Assembly (NCBI RefSeq): GCF_050920415.1
Contig: NZ_CP169309.1
From: Escherichia coli
Lineage (GTDB): Bacteria; Pseudomonadota; Gammaproteobacteria; Enterobacterales; Enterobacteriaceae
Reading direction: 5' to 3' (one strand)
Length of the DNA stretch: 64,000 nucleotides
The position numbers were made by a program, and so were the translations under genes. The notes under the pieces are model-generated. The model was not told the origin of the DNA. It ran no database searches and worked only from the letters and a program-made list of their open reading frames with translations. Below are positions 1 to 15,001 of this stretch, in pieces (within the stretch, counting starts at the first letter, position 1; every line of letters begins with the position of its first letter).

Positions 1-2128
<2,128 letters not shown>

Positions 2129-2132
2129 ACCT

Positions 2133-2432
2133 ATGGCGCTTACAAAAGCTGAAATGTCAGAATATCTGTTTGATAAGCTTGGGCTTAGCAAGCGGGATGC
2201 CAAAGAACTGGTTGAACTGTTTTTCGAAGAGATCCGTCGAGCTCTGGAAAACGGCGAACAGGTGAAACTCTCTGGTTTTGGTAACTTCGATCTGCGTGAT
2301 AAGAATCAACGCCCGGGACGTAACCCGAAAACGGGCGAGGATATTCCCATTACAGCACGGCGCGTGGTGACCTTCAGACCCGGGCAGAAGTTAAAAAGCC
2401 GGGTCGAAAACGCTTCGCCCAAAGACGAGTAA
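2133..2432 (+). CDS. ihfA: Integration host factor alpha subunit
   Basis: 99 aa, ATG at 2133, N-terminus [17 protein letters not shown] matches IhfA; hairpin terminator downstream. Confidence 0.97.
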
Positions 2433-2446
2433 TCTGATCTAACTAA

Positions 2447-2475
2447 AAAGGCCGCTCTGCGGCCTTTTTTCTTTT
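2447..2475 (+). terminator. Rho-independent terminator after ihfA
   Basis: GC stem ggccgctctgcggcc followed by T-tract tttttctttt. Confidence 0.7.
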
Positions 2476-2532
2476 CACTGTCGAAGAGTCACCGTAAAAT
2501 CAACGCCATGACACTTCAGCAGAACGGATACC

Positions 2533-3513
2533 ATGCTGACACTTGCCCGCCAACAACAGCGACAAAATATTCGCTGGTTATTATGCCTGTCAGTTTTGAT
2601 GCTGCTGGCGCTTCTCTTAAGCCTTTGCGCCGGTGAACAATGGATTTCGCCAGGTGACTGGTTTACTCCTCGTGGCGAACTGTTCGTCTGGCAAATTCGC
2701 CTGCCACGTACGCTGGCTGTATTGCTGGTTGGTGCGGCGCTGGCTATATCCGGCGCTGTAATGCAGGCATTGTTTGAAAATCCTCTGGCAGAACCTGGAC
2801 TACTTGGCGTCTCTAACGGCGCAGGCGTAGGGCTTATCGCCGCGGTATTGCTTGGGCAAGGGCAACTCCCAAACTGGGCACTAGGGCTGTGTGCGATTGC
2901 TGGCGCGCTTATCATCACTTTAATACTCTTACGTTTTGCCCGTCGTCATCTTTCGACCAGTCGGTTATTGCTGGCTGGTGTTGCATTAGGGATTATCTGT
3001 AGCGCACTAATGACGTGGGCTATCTATTTTTCCACCTCTATTGATTTACGTCAGCTGATGTACTGGATGATGGGCGGTTTTGGCGGCGTAGACTGGCGGC
3101 AAAGTTGGCTGATGCTGGCATTGATCCCCGTGTTGTTGTGGATCTGTTGTCAGTCCAGACCGATGAATATGTTAGCACTTGGCGAGATCTCGGCGCGGCA
3201 ACTTGGTTTACCCCTGTGGTTCTGGCGCAATGTGCTGGTGGCAGCGACCGGCTGGATGGTTGGCGTCAGTGTGGCGTTGGCGGGTGCTATCGGCTTTATT
3301 GGTCTGGTGATCCCACATATTCTCCGGTTATGTGGTTTGACCGATCATCGCGTATTACTTCCCGGCTGCGCGCTGGCAGGGGCGAGCGCATTACTGCTGG
3401 CCGATGTTGTAGCGCGCCTGGCATTAGCTGCCGCAGAGCTGCCTATTGGCGTGGTCACCGCAACGTTGGGTGCGCCGGTGTTTATCTGGTTATTGTTAAA
3501 AGCAGGACGTTAG
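2533..3513 (+). CDS. btuC: Vitamin B12 ABC transporter permease
   Basis: 326 aa highly hydrophobic protein, ATG at 2533, N-terminus [17 protein letters not shown] matches BtuC. Confidence 0.95.
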   Translation: MLTLARQQQRQNIRWLLCLSVLMLLALLLSLCAGEQWISPGDWFTPRGELFVWQIRLPRTLAVLLVGAALAISGAVMQALFENPLAEPGLLGVSNGAGVGLIAAVLLGQGQLPNWALGLCAIAGALIITLILLRFARRHLSTSRLLLAGVALGIICSALMTWAIYFSTSIDLRQLMYWMMGGFGGVDWRQSWLMLALIPVLLWICCQSRPMNMLALGEISARQLGLPLWFWRNVLVAATGWMVGVSVALAGAIGFIGLVIPHILRLCGLTDHRVLLPGCALAGASALLLADVVARLALAAAELPIGVVTATLGAPVFIWLLLKAGR

Positions 3514-3573
3514 CCGCAAAAAGACGGTCTATGATTAAAAGCTAAGATTTTTACTGACCACCCAGGAGAAACG

Positions 3574-4125
3574 ATGCAAGATTCCATTCTGACGACCGTA
3601 GTGAAAGATATCGACGGTGAAGTGACCACGCTGGAGAAGTACGCCGGTAATGTGCTGTTGATTGTCAATGTCGCCTCAAAGTGTGGCTTAACGCCGCAAT
3701 ATGAGCAGTTGGAGAATATTCAGAAAGCCTGGGCCGATCGTGGTTTTGTGGTGTTGGGATTCCCGTGCAACCAGTTTCTGGAGCAAGAACCGGGCAGCGA
3801 TGAAGAGATTAAAACTTACTGCACCACTACATGGGGGGTGACGTTCCCGATGTTCAGTAAGATTGAAGTTAATGGCGAAGGACGCCATCCGCTGTATCAA
3901 AAATTGATTGCCGCAGCGCCGACGGCAGTCGCGCCGGAAGAGAGCGGATTCTATGCCCGTATGGTCAGCAAAGGTCGTGCACCGCTGTACCCTGATGATA
4001 TTTTATGGAATTTTGAGAAATTTTTAGTTGGCAGGGACGGATTGGTCATCCAGCGTTTTTCCCCGGATATGACGCCGGAAGATCCCATTGTGATGGAAAG
4101 CATTAAACTGGCGTTGGCGAAATAA
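3574..4125 (+). CDS. btuE: Glutathione-peroxidase-family thiol peroxidase
   Basis: 183 aa, RBS aggaga 8 nt upstream of ATG 3574; GPx-type NVASKCG active-site motif with Cys; stop overlaps btuD start by 1 nt (TAATG). Confidence 0.93.
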
Positions 4126-4874
4126 TGTCTATTGTGATGCAGCTACAGGATGTTGCGGAATCAACCCGCCTTGGGCCGCTTTCTGGCGAGGTTCGGGCTG
4201 GGGAGATCCTGCATCTGGTGGGGCCGAATGGCGCGGGTAAGAGTACCTTACTGGCGCGAATGGCCGGAATGACCAGCGGTAAGGGAAGCATTCAGTTCGC
4301 GGGGCAACCACTGGAAGCATGGTCCGCAACAAAACTCGCGCTGCATCGCGCCTATCTTTCACAACAACAGACGCCACCGTTTGCAATGCCGGTCTGGCAC
4401 TACCTGACACTGCATCAGCACGATAAAACGCGTACCGAACTACTGAATGATGTCGCAGGGGCGCTGGCTCTTGATGACAAACTCGGACGTAGCACCAATC
4501 AACTTTCCGGCGGCGAATGGCAACGCGTACGTCTTGCTGCGGTGGTGCTGCAAATCACACCACAAGCCAATCCCGCAGGTCAATTGCTGCTTCTTGATGA
4601 GCCTATGAACAGTCTTGACGTTGCGCAACAAAGTGCGTTAGACAAAATTCTGAGCGCGCTGTGTCAGCAAGGACTGGCGATTGTGATGAGCAGTCACGAT
4701 CTCAACCACACCTTGCGTCATGCGCATCGGGCGTGGTTGCTAAAAGGTGGAAAAATGCTGGCCAGTGGACGCAGAGAAGAGGTGCTCACGCCGCCAAATC
4801 TGGCGCAGGCCTATGGGATGAATTTTCGCCGTCTGGATATCGAAGGTCACAGAATGCTGATTTCGACCATCTGA
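4125..4874 (+). CDS. btuD: Vitamin B12 ABC transporter ATP-binding protein
   Basis: 249 aa, Walker [10 protein letters not shown] and ABC signature LSGGEWQR visible. Confidence 0.95.
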
Positions 4875-4951
4875 ATTCATGAGTATCTTGAAAATCGGGT
4901 AATTACGACGCTAAATTAATGCAAGAATAAAAAACAGAGGAACCGTACGGA

Positions 4952-5416
4952 ATGCGTTTCTGCCTTATTTTGATCACAGCACTGTTTCTGGCCGGGTGCA
5001 GCCATCATAAAGCTCCGCCGCCAAATGCCAGACTTTCTGACTCGATTACCGTTATTGCCGGGTTGAACGACCAGCTACAAAGCTGGCATGGCACACCGTA
5101 TCGTTATGGTGGTATGACGCGCCGCGGTGTGGACTGTTCGGGGTTTGTGGTTGTGACGATGCGCGATCGTTTCGATTTGCAGCTGCCCCGTGAAACCAAA
5201 CAACAAGCCTCTATCGGCACGCAAATTGATAAAGACGAGTTGCTGCCTGGTGACCTGGTCTTTTTCAAAACGGGTTCTGGACAAAATGGTTTGCATGTAG
5301 GTATTTACGATACCAACAACCAATTTATCCACGCCTCTACCAGCAAGGGAGTGATGCGTTCCTCTCTTGATAATGTCTATTGGCAGAAAAATTTCTGGCA
5401 GGCGAGACGAATCTAG
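4952..5416 (+). CDS. nlpC: NlpC/P60 family lipoprotein peptidase (MepS paralogue)
   Basis: 154 aa, lipoprotein signal with lipobox LAGC, NlpC/P60 Cys (DCSGF) present. Confidence 0.9.
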   Translation: MRFCLILITALFLAGCSHHKAPPPNARLSDSITVIAGLNDQLQSWHGTPYRYGGMTRRGVDCSGFVVVTMRDRFDLQLPRETKQQASIGTQIDKDELLPGDLVFFKTGSGQNGLHVGIYDTNNQFIHASTSKGVMRSSLDNVYWQKNFWQARRI

Positions 5417-5427
5417 TATGTCGAAAA

Positions 5428-5460
5428 ATGGACGGCGATGATACATCGCCGTCCATTTAC
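5428..5460 (+). terminator. Hairpin terminator after nlpC
   Basis: Inverted repeat atggacggcgatg...catcgccgtccat directly after the nlpC stop. Confidence 0.6.
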
Positions 5461-5662
5461 TCCTGAATACAGTAGTATTTTGCAGACAAAAATTCCGTAA
5501 ATGGATTATTCGTTTATAATCAGGATAATCTAAAAAAAGGACCCCTGAAAAAGTGGTTAACATGGAACAAATGAAAGTTACTCCTTCTGTAATTGTTATG
5601 TCTTATGGCCTCATCCCTTTTAGCCGGATACTGAAAAACATCCTTCGAGAGGGACGGTTACC

Positions 5663-6376
5663 ATGAAGATTTTTTTGGAGAATCTTTATCATTCTGATTG
5701 CTATTTCCTGCCGATAAGAGATAACCAGCAAAACCTTGTCGGCGTTGAGTTAATTACCCATTTCTCCAGTGAAGATGGTACGGTTCGTATACCGACGAGT
5801 CGGGTTATAGCGCAACTTACCGAGGAGCAACATTGGCAATTATTTTCTGAGCAGTTGGAATTGCTAAAATCATGCCAACACTTTTTTATTCAACATAAAC
5901 TCTTTGCCTGGCTTAATTTAACCCCACAAGTGGCTACTTTATTATTAGACAGGGATAATTACGCGGGCGAACTATTAAAATATCCGTTTATTGAACTGTT
6001 GATTAATGAGAATTACCCGCATCTCGATGAAGGAAAAGATAATCGCGATCTTTTGTCCTTATCGCAAATGTATCCCCTTGTGTTAGGTAATTTGGGCGCA
6101 GGCAATAGCACAATGAAAGCGGTTTTTGATGGTCTTTTCACCCGCGTCATGCTGGATAAAAGTTTTATTCAGCAACAAATCACGCATCGCTCCTTCGAAC
6201 CGTTTATTCGTGCGATCCAGGCGCAAATTTCCCCATGTTGCAATTGCATCATCGCGGGGGGCATTGATACGCCAGAAATAATGGCACAGATTACCCCCTT
6301 TGATTTCCATGCTCTCCAGGGATGCCTGTGGCCTGCCGTTCCTGTAAATCAGATAACGACGTTGGTTCAGCGATAA
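5663..6376 (+). CDS. ydiV: Degenerate EAL-domain protein, anti-FlhD4C2 factor
   Basis: 237 aa, N-terminus MKIFLENLYHSDCYFLPIRDNQQ matches YdiV; the EAL motif position reads ELI. Confidence 0.9.
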   Translation: MKIFLENLYHSDCYFLPIRDNQQNLVGVELITHFSSEDGTVRIPTSRVIAQLTEEQHWQLFSEQLELLKSCQHFFIQHKLFAWLNLTPQVATLLLDRDNYAGELLKYPFIELLINENYPHLDEGKDNRDLLSLSQMYPLVLGNLGAGNSTMKAVFDGLFTRVMLDKSFIQQQITHRSFEPFIRAIQAQISPCCNCIIAGGIDTPEIMAQITPFDFHALQGCLWPAVPVNQITTLVQR

Positions 6377-6399
6377 CCCTCCTGTTTGCTGGTGTTTAA

Positions 6400-7875
<1,476 letters not shown>

Positions 7876-7878
7876 AGG

Positions 7879-8070
7879 CTACTTGGTCAACAGCAGCTTG
7901 CCAGCCTGAGTTTTACGGAGCAGATATTCTTGCCCGTCATGATCGATAATCAGTTTGCCATCCGGACCTAACAGTGTCTGGCTGGTAATTCGCCGAATGG
8001 GCTGCGGGGAGGCGGTCTTGTGATTGGCATCCGTTTCAGGCGTGAGTTTTCTGCTATCCGTATAACGCAT
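7879..8070 (-). CDS. ydiE: Small HemP-like protein (YdiE)
   Basis: 63 aa from in-frame ATG ([14 protein letters not shown]); the ORF-track 5' extension starts at a non-ATG codon. Confidence 0.75.
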   Translation of the reverse strand: MRYTDSRKLTPETDANHKTASPQPIRRITSQTLLGPDGKLIIDHDGQEYLLRKTQAGKLLLTK

Positions 8071-8201
8071 AAAAATTAATAATAATTGATATAACAATGA
8101 TTCTTATTATCAATATTCTGGCGGGCCAGAGCAAGCAGTAATTTGTTGAGAAGACAACAAGTTGCGCAGAAATGCCCATTCCGTCAGGAATGGGCACGCA
8201 T

Positions 8202-9248
8202 TCAGAAGCGGGTATCAACCGCAGAGGCGAGTTTTTCGACCAGGCGTTCGGTATCTTCCCAGCCCAGACACGGGTCGGTAATCGATTGACCGTAAGTGAG
8301 CGGCTGACCGCCGACGATTTTTTGCGTTCCTTCGCGCAGGAAACTTTCCGCCATAATTCCAGCAATCGCCGTAGAGCCATTGCGGATTTGCTGACAAATA
8401 TCCTCACAAACTTCTAACTGGCGACGATGCTGCTTCTGGCAGTTGCCGTGGCTGAAATCCACCACCAGATGTTCAGGTAAATCAAACTCGTGCAACGTAT
8501 CGCAGGCAGCGGCGATATCATCCGCATGGTAATTCGGCTTTTTGCCGCCACGCATAATAATGTGGCCATACGGATTGCCGCTGGTCTGATAGATGGTCAT
8601 CTGACCATTTTTGTCTGGCGAGAGGAACATATGGCTGGCGCGGGCTGCGCGGATAGCATCCACGGCAATCCGCGTGTTGCCATCGGTACCATTTTTGAAA
8701 CCTACCGGACAGGAGAGTGCCGAAGCCATTTCACGGTGGATCTGACTTTCGGTAGTACGTGCGCCAATCGCGCCCCAACTGATTAAATCAGCAATAAACT
8801 GACCGGTCACCATATCGAGAAACTCAGTCGCGGTAGGGACGCCCAGCTCATTGACCTGTAAAAGTAATTTGCGCGCCAGCTCCAGACCGTGATTTACCCG
8901 ATAGCTGCCGTTTAAATCCGGGTCGGAGATTAGCCCTTTCCAGCCGACTACAGTTCGTGGTTTTTCAAAATAGGTGCGCATTACGATTTCCAGCCGTGAC
9001 TGGTACTGATTGCGCAGTGACTGCAGGCGGGTGGCGTACTCCATTGCAGCGGTGAGATCGTGGATCGAGCAGGGGCCAATAATGACCAACAGTCGCTTGT
9101 CTTCACCATTCAGTATTTTTTCAATTCTGCGACGGGAGTCGGTGACATGGGTGGCGACGCCAGGCGTTACGGGATACCGTAGCGCGAGTTCGGCGGGCGT
9201 TACCAGGCTCTCAATACGCGCAGTACGGAGTTCGTCAGTTCTGTTCAT
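8202..9248 (-). CDS. aroH: Tryptophan-sensitive DAHP synthase
   Basis: 348 aa, N-terminus MNRTDELRTARIESLVTP matches AroH; TrpR-type operator upstream. Confidence 0.95.
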   Translation of the reverse strand: MNRTDELRTARIESLVTPAELALRYPVTPGVATHVTDSRRRIEKILNGEDKRLLVIIGPCSIHDLTAAMEYATRLQSLRNQYQSRLEIVMRTYFEKPRTVVGWKGLISDPDLNGSYRVNHGLELARKLLLQVNELGVPTATEFLDMVTGQFIADLISWGAIGARTTESQIHREMASALSCPVGFKNGTDGNTRIAVDAIRAARASHMFLSPDKNGQMTIYQTSGNPYGHIIMRGGKKPNYHADDIAAACDTLHEFDLPEHLVVDFSHGNCQKQHRRQLEVCEDICQQIRNGSTAIAGIMAESFLREGTQKIVGGQPLTYGQSITDPCLGWEDTERLVEKLASAVDTRF

Positions 9249-9392
9249 TACAAGTCTCAGAAATTTGTTGCTTCTACGGCAGGACTACCGGGAAGTGATG
9301 CGCATCACGATAAACCAATCGCAGCTGATTTCAAGTGCGAGGTGTGTCACACCTCGCCGGGTGGTTAGCATGATAACAAAAAAACAAGTTAA

Positions 9393-9412
9393 TGCACTAG
9401 TTCTCTAGTACA
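9393..9412 (-). promoter_or_regulatory. TrpR operator-like palindrome of the aroH promoter
   Basis: Palindrome tgcactagttctctagtaca with paired CTAG half-sites, about 145 bp upstream of the aroH ATG and overlapping the ppsR stop. Confidence 0.6.
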
Positions 9413-10238
9413 TTCGACGGCTAAGGCCCATGATATCAAGGATCTTGGTGGCAATCTCTTCTACCGAATAATTGGTACTGTTAATCCACGGGATCTGATT
9501 TTTACGGTACAACGCTTCCACTTCCGCGACTTCCATCCTGCACTGACGAAGCGAGGCATAGCGACTGTTCTCCCGACGTTCCTCGCGAATCGCTGCCAGA
9601 CGTTCCGGGTCGATAGTCAGGCCGAACAATTTATGCTGAAGCGGTTTGAGCGACGCGGGTAGCACCAGATTATCCATATCGTCGGCAATAAAGGGGTAGT
9701 TTGCCGCGCGGATACCAAATTGCATTGCCAGATACAGACTGGTGGGGGTTTTACCACAGCGAGAAACGCCGAGCAGGATCACCTGAGCCTGGTCCAGATT
9801 GCGCAACGAAATGCCGTCGTCATGGGCAAGGGTGTAATCAATCGCCGCAATGCGCGCATCGTATTTATTGAGATTATTAGGGTTAAGGCCATGGGTACGA
9901 TGAGCAATCGGCGTTGGATCCAGTTTCATCTCTTGTTGTAGCGGGGCAACCAGCGCCTGAACGATATCCTGGCAAAAGCCTTCACTTTGCAAGATGATGG
10001 CGCGAATCTCCGGCAACACGATGGAGTAGAAGACCAGTGGGCGCACACCTGTCTGGTGATAAATTGCGTCAATCTGATCCTTCACTGCCCGTGCACGGCT
10101 CTCATTTTCGACAAACGGCAGCGTAATGCTGCTGATAGTGACGGGAAATTGTGACATTACTGCGTGTCCTAATACCTCCGCAGTTATTGCCGTACCATCA
10201 GAAATATAAAAAACGTGGCGATCAACAGCATTATCCAT
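9405..10238 (-). CDS. ppsR: PEP synthetase regulatory protein (bifunctional kinase/pyrophosphorylase)
   Basis: 277 aa, N-terminus [22 protein letters not shown] matches YdiA/PpsR; divergent from ppsA. Confidence 0.93.
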
Positions 10239-10569
10239 TTTGTTCTTCCCGTAATGCAGACATAATTCTATGAAAGCATAAATTAAAAACGCACAGAAGC
10301 GTAGAACGTTATGTCTGGTTTATAAAATGAACCTTCAATTTTATTTTTATGAAAACAGCATTTCATTTTTACGGTTTCGTTTATACCGATGGTTTATGTG
10401 GAAATTGTCGAAGAGAGCAGATTTGCGCAACGCTGGGATCAGTCTTAAAAAGTAAAAAAATATATTTGCTTGAACGATTCACCGTTTTTTTCATCCGGTT
10501 AAATATGCAAAGATAAATGCGCAGAAATGTGTTTCTCAAACCGTTCATTTATCACAAAAGGATTGTTCG

Positions 10570-12948
10570 ATGTCCAACAATGGCTCGTCACCGCTGGTGC
10601 TTTGGTATAACCAACTCGGCATGAATGATGTAGACAGGGTTGGGGGCAAAAATGCCTCCCTGGGTGAAATGATTACTAACCTTTCCGGAATGGGTGTTTC
10701 CGTTCCGAATGGTTTCGCCACAACCGCCGACGCGTTTAACCAGTTTCTGGACCAAAGCGGCGTAAACCAGCGCATTTATGAACTGCTGGATAAAACGGAT
10801 ATTGACGATGTTACCCAGCTTGCGAAAGCGGGCGCGCAAATCCGCCAGTGGATTATCGACACTCCCTTCCAGCCTGAGCTGGAAAACGCCATCCGCGAAG
10901 CCTATGCACAGCTTTCCGCCGATGACGAAAACGCCTCTTTTGCGGTGCGTTCCTCCGCTACTGCAGAAGATATGCCGGACGCTTCCTTTGCCGGTCAGCA
11001 GGAAACTTTCCTCAACGTTCAGGGGTTTGACGCCGTTCTCGTGGCAGTGAAACATGTATTTGCTTCTCTGTTTAACGATCGCGCCATCTCTTATCGTGTG
11101 CACCAGGGTTACGATCACCGTGGCGTGGCGCTCTCCGCCGGTGTTCAGCGGATGGTGCGCTCCGACCTCGCATCTTCTGGCGTGATGTTCTCCATTGATA
11201 CCGAATCCGGCTTTGACCAGGTGGTGTTTATCACTTCCGCATGGGGCCTTGGTGAAATGGTCGTGCAGGGTGCGGTTAACCCGGATGAGTTTTACGTGCA
11301 CAAACCGACACTGGCGGCGAATCGCCCGGCTATCGTGCGCCGCACCATGGGGTCAAAAAAAATCCGCATGGTTTACGCGCCGACCCAGGAGCACGGCAAG
11401 CAGGTTAAAATCGAAGACGTACCGCAGGAACAGCGTGACATCTTCTCGCTGACCAACGAAGAAGTGCAGGAACTGGCAAAACAGGCCGTACAAATTGAGA
11501 AACACTACGGTCGCCCAATGGATATTGAGTGGGCGAAAGATGGCCACACCGGCAAACTGTTCATTGTGCAGGCGCGTCCGGAAACCGTGCGCTCACGCGG
11601 TCAGGTCATGGAGCGTTATACGTTGCATTCACAGGGTAAGATTATCGCCGAAGGCCGTGCTATCGGTCATCGCATCGGCGCGGGTCCGGTGAAAGTCATC
11701 CATGACATCAGCGAAATGAACCGCATCGAACCTGGTGATGTGCTGGTTACTGACATGACCGACCCGGATTGGGAACCGATCATGAAGAAAGCATCGGCCA
11801 TCGTCACCAACCGTGGCGGTCGTACCTGTCACGCGGCGATTATCGCTCGTGAACTGGGCATTCCGGCGGTAGTGGGCTGTGGTGATGCAACAGAACGGAT
11901 GAAAGACGGTGAGAACGTCACTGTTTCTTGTGCAGAGGGTGATACCGGTTACGTCTATGCTGAGTTGCTGGAATTTAGCGTGAAAAGCTCCAGCGTAGAA
12001 ACGATGCCGGATCTGCCGTTGAAAGTGATGATGAACGTCGGTAACCCGGACCGTGCTTTCGATTTCGCCTGCCTGCCGAACGAAGGCGTGGGCCTTGCGC
12101 GTCTGGAATTTATCATCAACCGTATGATTGGCGTCCACCCACGCGCACTGCTTGAGTTTGACGATCAGGAACCGCAGTTGCAAAACGAAATCCGCGAGAT
12201 GATGAAAGGTTTTGATTCTCCGCGTGAGTTTTACGTTGGTCGTCTGACTGAAGGGATCGCGACGTTGGGTGCTGCGTTTTATCCGAAGCGTGTCATTGTC
12301 CGTCTCTCTGATTTTAAATCGAACGAATACGCCAACCTGGTCGGTGGTGAACGTTACGAGCCAGATGAAGAGAACCCAATGCTCGGCTTCCGTGGCGCGG
12401 GACGTTATGTTTCCGACAGCTTCCGCGACTGCTTCGCACTGGAGTGTGAAGCGGTGAAACGTGTGCGCAACGACATGGGACTGACCAACGTTGAGATCAT
12501 GATCCCGTTCGTGCGTACCGTAGATCAGGCGAAAGCGGTGGTTGAAGAACTGGCGCGCCAGGGGCTGAAACGTGGTGAAAACGGGCTGAAGATCATCATG
12601 ATGTGTGAAATTCCGTCCAACGCCTTACTGGCAGAGCAGTTTCTCGAATATTTCGACGGCTTCTCAATTGGCTCAAACGATATGACGCAGCTTGCGCTTG
12701 GTCTGGACCGAGACTCCGGCGTGGTGTCTGAACTGTTCGATGAGCGCAACGATGCAGTGAAAGCACTGCTGTCGATGGCGATTCGTGCCGCGAAGAAGCA
12801 GGGCAAATATGTCGGGATTTGCGGTCAGGGTCCGTCCGACCATGAAGACTTTGCCGCCTGGCTGATGGAAGAGGGGATCGATAGCTTGTCCCTGAACCCG
12901 GACACTGTGGTACAAACCTGGTTAAGCCTGGCTGAACTGAAGAAATAA
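10570..12948 (+). CDS. ppsA: Phosphoenolpyruvate synthase
   Basis: 792 aa, N-terminus [34 protein letters not shown] matches PpsA. Confidence 0.97.
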   Translation: MSNNGSSPLVLWYNQLGMNDVDRVGGKNASLGEMITNLSGMGVSVPNGFATTADAFNQFLDQSGVNQRIYELLDKTDIDDVTQLAKAGAQIRQWIIDTPFQPELENAIREAYAQLSADDENASFAVRSSATAEDMPDASFAGQQETFLNVQGFDAVLVAVKHVFASLFNDRAISYRVHQGYDHRGVALSAGVQRMVRSDLASSGVMFSIDTESGFDQVVFITSAWGLGEMVVQGAVNPDEFYVHKPTLAANRPAIVRRTMGSKKIRMVYAPTQEHGKQVKIEDVPQEQRDIFSLTNEEVQELAKQAVQIEKHYGRPMDIEWAKDGHTGKLFIVQARPETVRSRGQVMERYTLHSQGKIIAEGRAIGHRIGAGPVKVIHDISEMNRIEPGDVLVTDMTDPDWEPIMKKASAIVTNRGGRTCHAAIIARELGIPAVVGCGDATERMKDGENVTVSCAEGDTGYVYAELLEFSVKSSSVETMPDLPLKVMMNVGNPDRAFDFACLPNEGVGLARLEFIINRMIGVHPRALLEFDDQEPQLQNEIREMMKGFDSPREFYVGRLTEGIATLGAAFYPKRVIVRLSDFKSNEYANLVGGERYEPDEENPMLGFRGAGRYVSDSFRDCFALECEAVKRVRNDMGLTNVEIMIPFVRTVDQAKAVVEELARQGLKRGENGLKIIMMCEIPSNALLAEQFLEYFDGFSIGSNDMTQLALGLDRDSGVVSELFDERNDAVKALLSMAIRAAKKQGKYVGICGQGPSDHEDFAAWLMEEGIDSLSLNPDTVVQTWLSLAELKK

Positions 12949-12956
12949 AATAAATA

Positions 12957-12982
12957 CCCGGCGGCGTTTTGTCGCCGGGTTT
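12957..12982 (+). terminator. Hairpin terminator between convergent ppsA and fadK
   Basis: cccggcggcg-tttt-gtcgccggg stem-loop followed by ttta. Confidence 0.6.
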
Positions 12983-13004
12983 ACGTGATCCCCGAGTATG
13001 AAAC

Positions 13005-14705
13005 TTATTCAACCTCTTCACAGACATCCTGAATTAATCGCCGCATAATATCTTTCCTTAACAAAAACTTTTGTATTTTACCTGATGCAGTACGTGGTAA
13101 TTTCTCTGTTACCACAATATGTTCAGGATATTTATATTTTGCTACCCGTTTACGGCTAAAAAAAGCCACTATGTCTTCCAGCGATATTGAATGATGCGGC
13201 GCTTTCAGCACGACATAAGCGCATGAACGTTCACCTAAACGTTCATCGGGCATCGCAACCACACAGGCATCATGAATTTTAGGATGCTGTAATAAAATAT
13301 CTTCCACTTCACGACTGCTAATATTTTCCCCGCCGCGGACAATAATATCTTTCTTGCGCCCGGTTATTTTTATATAGCCAGCTTCATCCATTCGGCAGAG
13401 ATCGCCGCTGTAATACCAGCCTTCTTCATCCAGCGCACGGGCGGTTAATTCCGGTTCATCAAAATAACCCATAAACACATTGGGACCACGCGAAGCCTCT
13501 TCACCTACACAACCAGGCGGTAAGGTCTTGCGTGCATCATCGACCACTTTAATCTCTACGCCTGCGGCAGCGTAACCATCGGTGTTCATAAAGCGCGACA
13601 AAGGATCGTCGAGATTTACCACCGCATGCGGCGAACTTTCTGTGGAACCATAAACACTTAATAATTTAATGCCGCGTTGTTGGCATTCACGCGCCACCTT
13701 TTTGGGGATCGTGGTGCCGCCGCAAAGAAAGAAGCGTAGTGCAGAAAGGTCTGCGGGCTGTTTCTCCAGTAAATTCAAAAGGTCATAGACAAACGGTGTT
13801 GCGCCGAGCATGCAGGTACACCGTTGCTGCTCAAGTAGCAAAAGACAGGCTTCCGGGGTAAAGATATCTAACAACACGCTGCGAGCGCCAATTAAAAATG
13901 GTGCCGTTACGCCATGCAGAAAGCCCGTTGCGTGACCGAGTGGTGCAGGCATCATAAAGACATCCTGCCAGGTCAGGTTCAGCCGCGCGCAATATGCCCG
14001 CTCACTGGCGAGAATATTGTTATGCGTTAGCATCACGCCCTTTGGCTGCCCCTCAGTTCCGGAGGTAAATAGCACTGCTGCTAATTCATCGCCGTGGGTC
14101 GTTATCGCCGTAGTCAGTGGGGTATTGTCGGCGAGAATCTGACTTAATGAGAGGGACGAGGTGGCGGGAGCCAGTTTGTCCACGCCGACAATTTGTTGTA
14201 GTTGTGGAAGCTGATTTTGCAGCGGCAGGATTAAATCTACCGGACGCGTTTGTTTAAACAACGTCGGTGCAAAGAACATTTTTGCCTGACACTTATTGAG
14301 CACCCACACCAGTTCTGCTTCCCGCCAGGAAGGTAACAGCGGCACGGAAACCGCACCGGTTTTCAGGCAGGCAAGATAGATAACGGTAAATTCACACCAG
14401 CCTGGCAGTTGAAATGCGATGCGATCCCCTGATTCAATACCCTTCGCCAGCATCCAGTTTGCCAGACAGCTCGCGGCATGATCGAGCTCGCTATAGGTGT
14501 ACGATGCACCATGATTATCGACCACGGCAATTTTATCTGGCATCGCACGAGCGGTCTGCTGCCAGTAATCGGCCAGCGAAGCATCGCCCCATAATCCTTG
14601 CTGACGATACGCCGCACGACGTTGTTCGTTAAACGTTAATGTCACTTTCATTTTGGACTCTCGAAACAGAACATCAGGCCCGAGATACGGGCCTGTGGGA
14701 TGCAT
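13005..14705 (-). CDS. fadK: Short-chain acyl-CoA synthetase (anaerobic)
   Basis: 566-aa ORF with AMP-binding motifs (TSGTEGQPKG); ATG at 14705; an alternative start at MKVTLTF 17 codons in cannot be excluded. Confidence 0.88.
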   Translation of the reverse strand: MHPTGPYLGPDVLFRESKMKVTLTFNEQRRAAYRQQGLWGDASLADYWQQTARAMPDKIAVVDNHGASYTYSELDHAASCLANWMLAKGIESGDRIAFQLPGWCEFTVIYLACLKTGAVSVPLLPSWREAELVWVLNKCQAKMFFAPTLFKQTRPVDLILPLQNQLPQLQQIVGVDKLAPATSSLSLSQILADNTPLTTAITTHGDELAAVLFTSGTEGQPKGVMLTHNNILASERAYCARLNLTWQDVFMMPAPLGHATGFLHGVTAPFLIGARSVLLDIFTPEACLLLLEQQRCTCMLGATPFVYDLLNLLEKQPADLSALRFFLCGGTTIPKKVARECQQRGIKLLSVYGSTESSPHAVVNLDDPLSRFMNTDGYAAAGVEIKVVDDARKTLPPGCVGEEASRGPNVFMGYFDEPELTARALDEEGWYYSGDLCRMDEAGYIKITGRKKDIIVRGGENISSREVEDILLQHPKIHDACVVAMPDERLGERSCAYVVLKAPHHSISLEDIVAFFSRKRVAKYKYPEHIVVTEKLPRTASGKIQKFLLRKDIMRRLIQDVCEEVE

Positions 14706-14707
14706 GA

Positions 14708-15001
14708 TTAGCCGTAGCGAAAATCAATACCGAAGGTGCCTGCGGGATATTGCCACTGTTCGAGAATCGTATTGCCACACAACACCCGACAGGTGCCGCA
14801 TTCGAGACAACCGGCGGAATCAAAATGTATGTTTCCTGCGTCATCCTGCTTATACAGTCCGGCAGGGCAAGCTTTCATTAATTTACGGAATTCATTGATA
14901 TCGGGATTTGCCGCCAGAATGATATGCGGGTGACCCTCATCAACATGGAATTTATTGACACCTAATTTGATGTCGACGTTAACCGTAGCGTTCTGGCTCA
15001 T
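14708..15001 (-). CDS. ydiT: Ferredoxin-like protein (FixX family)
   Basis: 97 aa with Cys cluster CLECGTCRVLC; start overlaps ydiS stop (ATGA). Confidence 0.9.
   Translation of the reverse strand: MSQNATVNVDIKLGVNKFHVDEGHPHIILAANPDINEFRKLMKACPAGLYKQDDAGNIHFDSAGCLECGTCRVLCGNTILEQWQYPAGTFGIDFRYG

Noticed and set aside
10535-10547. Cra-like half-site (ctcaaaccgttca) upstream of ppsA
   Set aside because: It lies only about 25 bp from the ppsA ATG, which is inconsistent with an activator site upstream of the promoter; the match is weak and the transcription start is not known to me.
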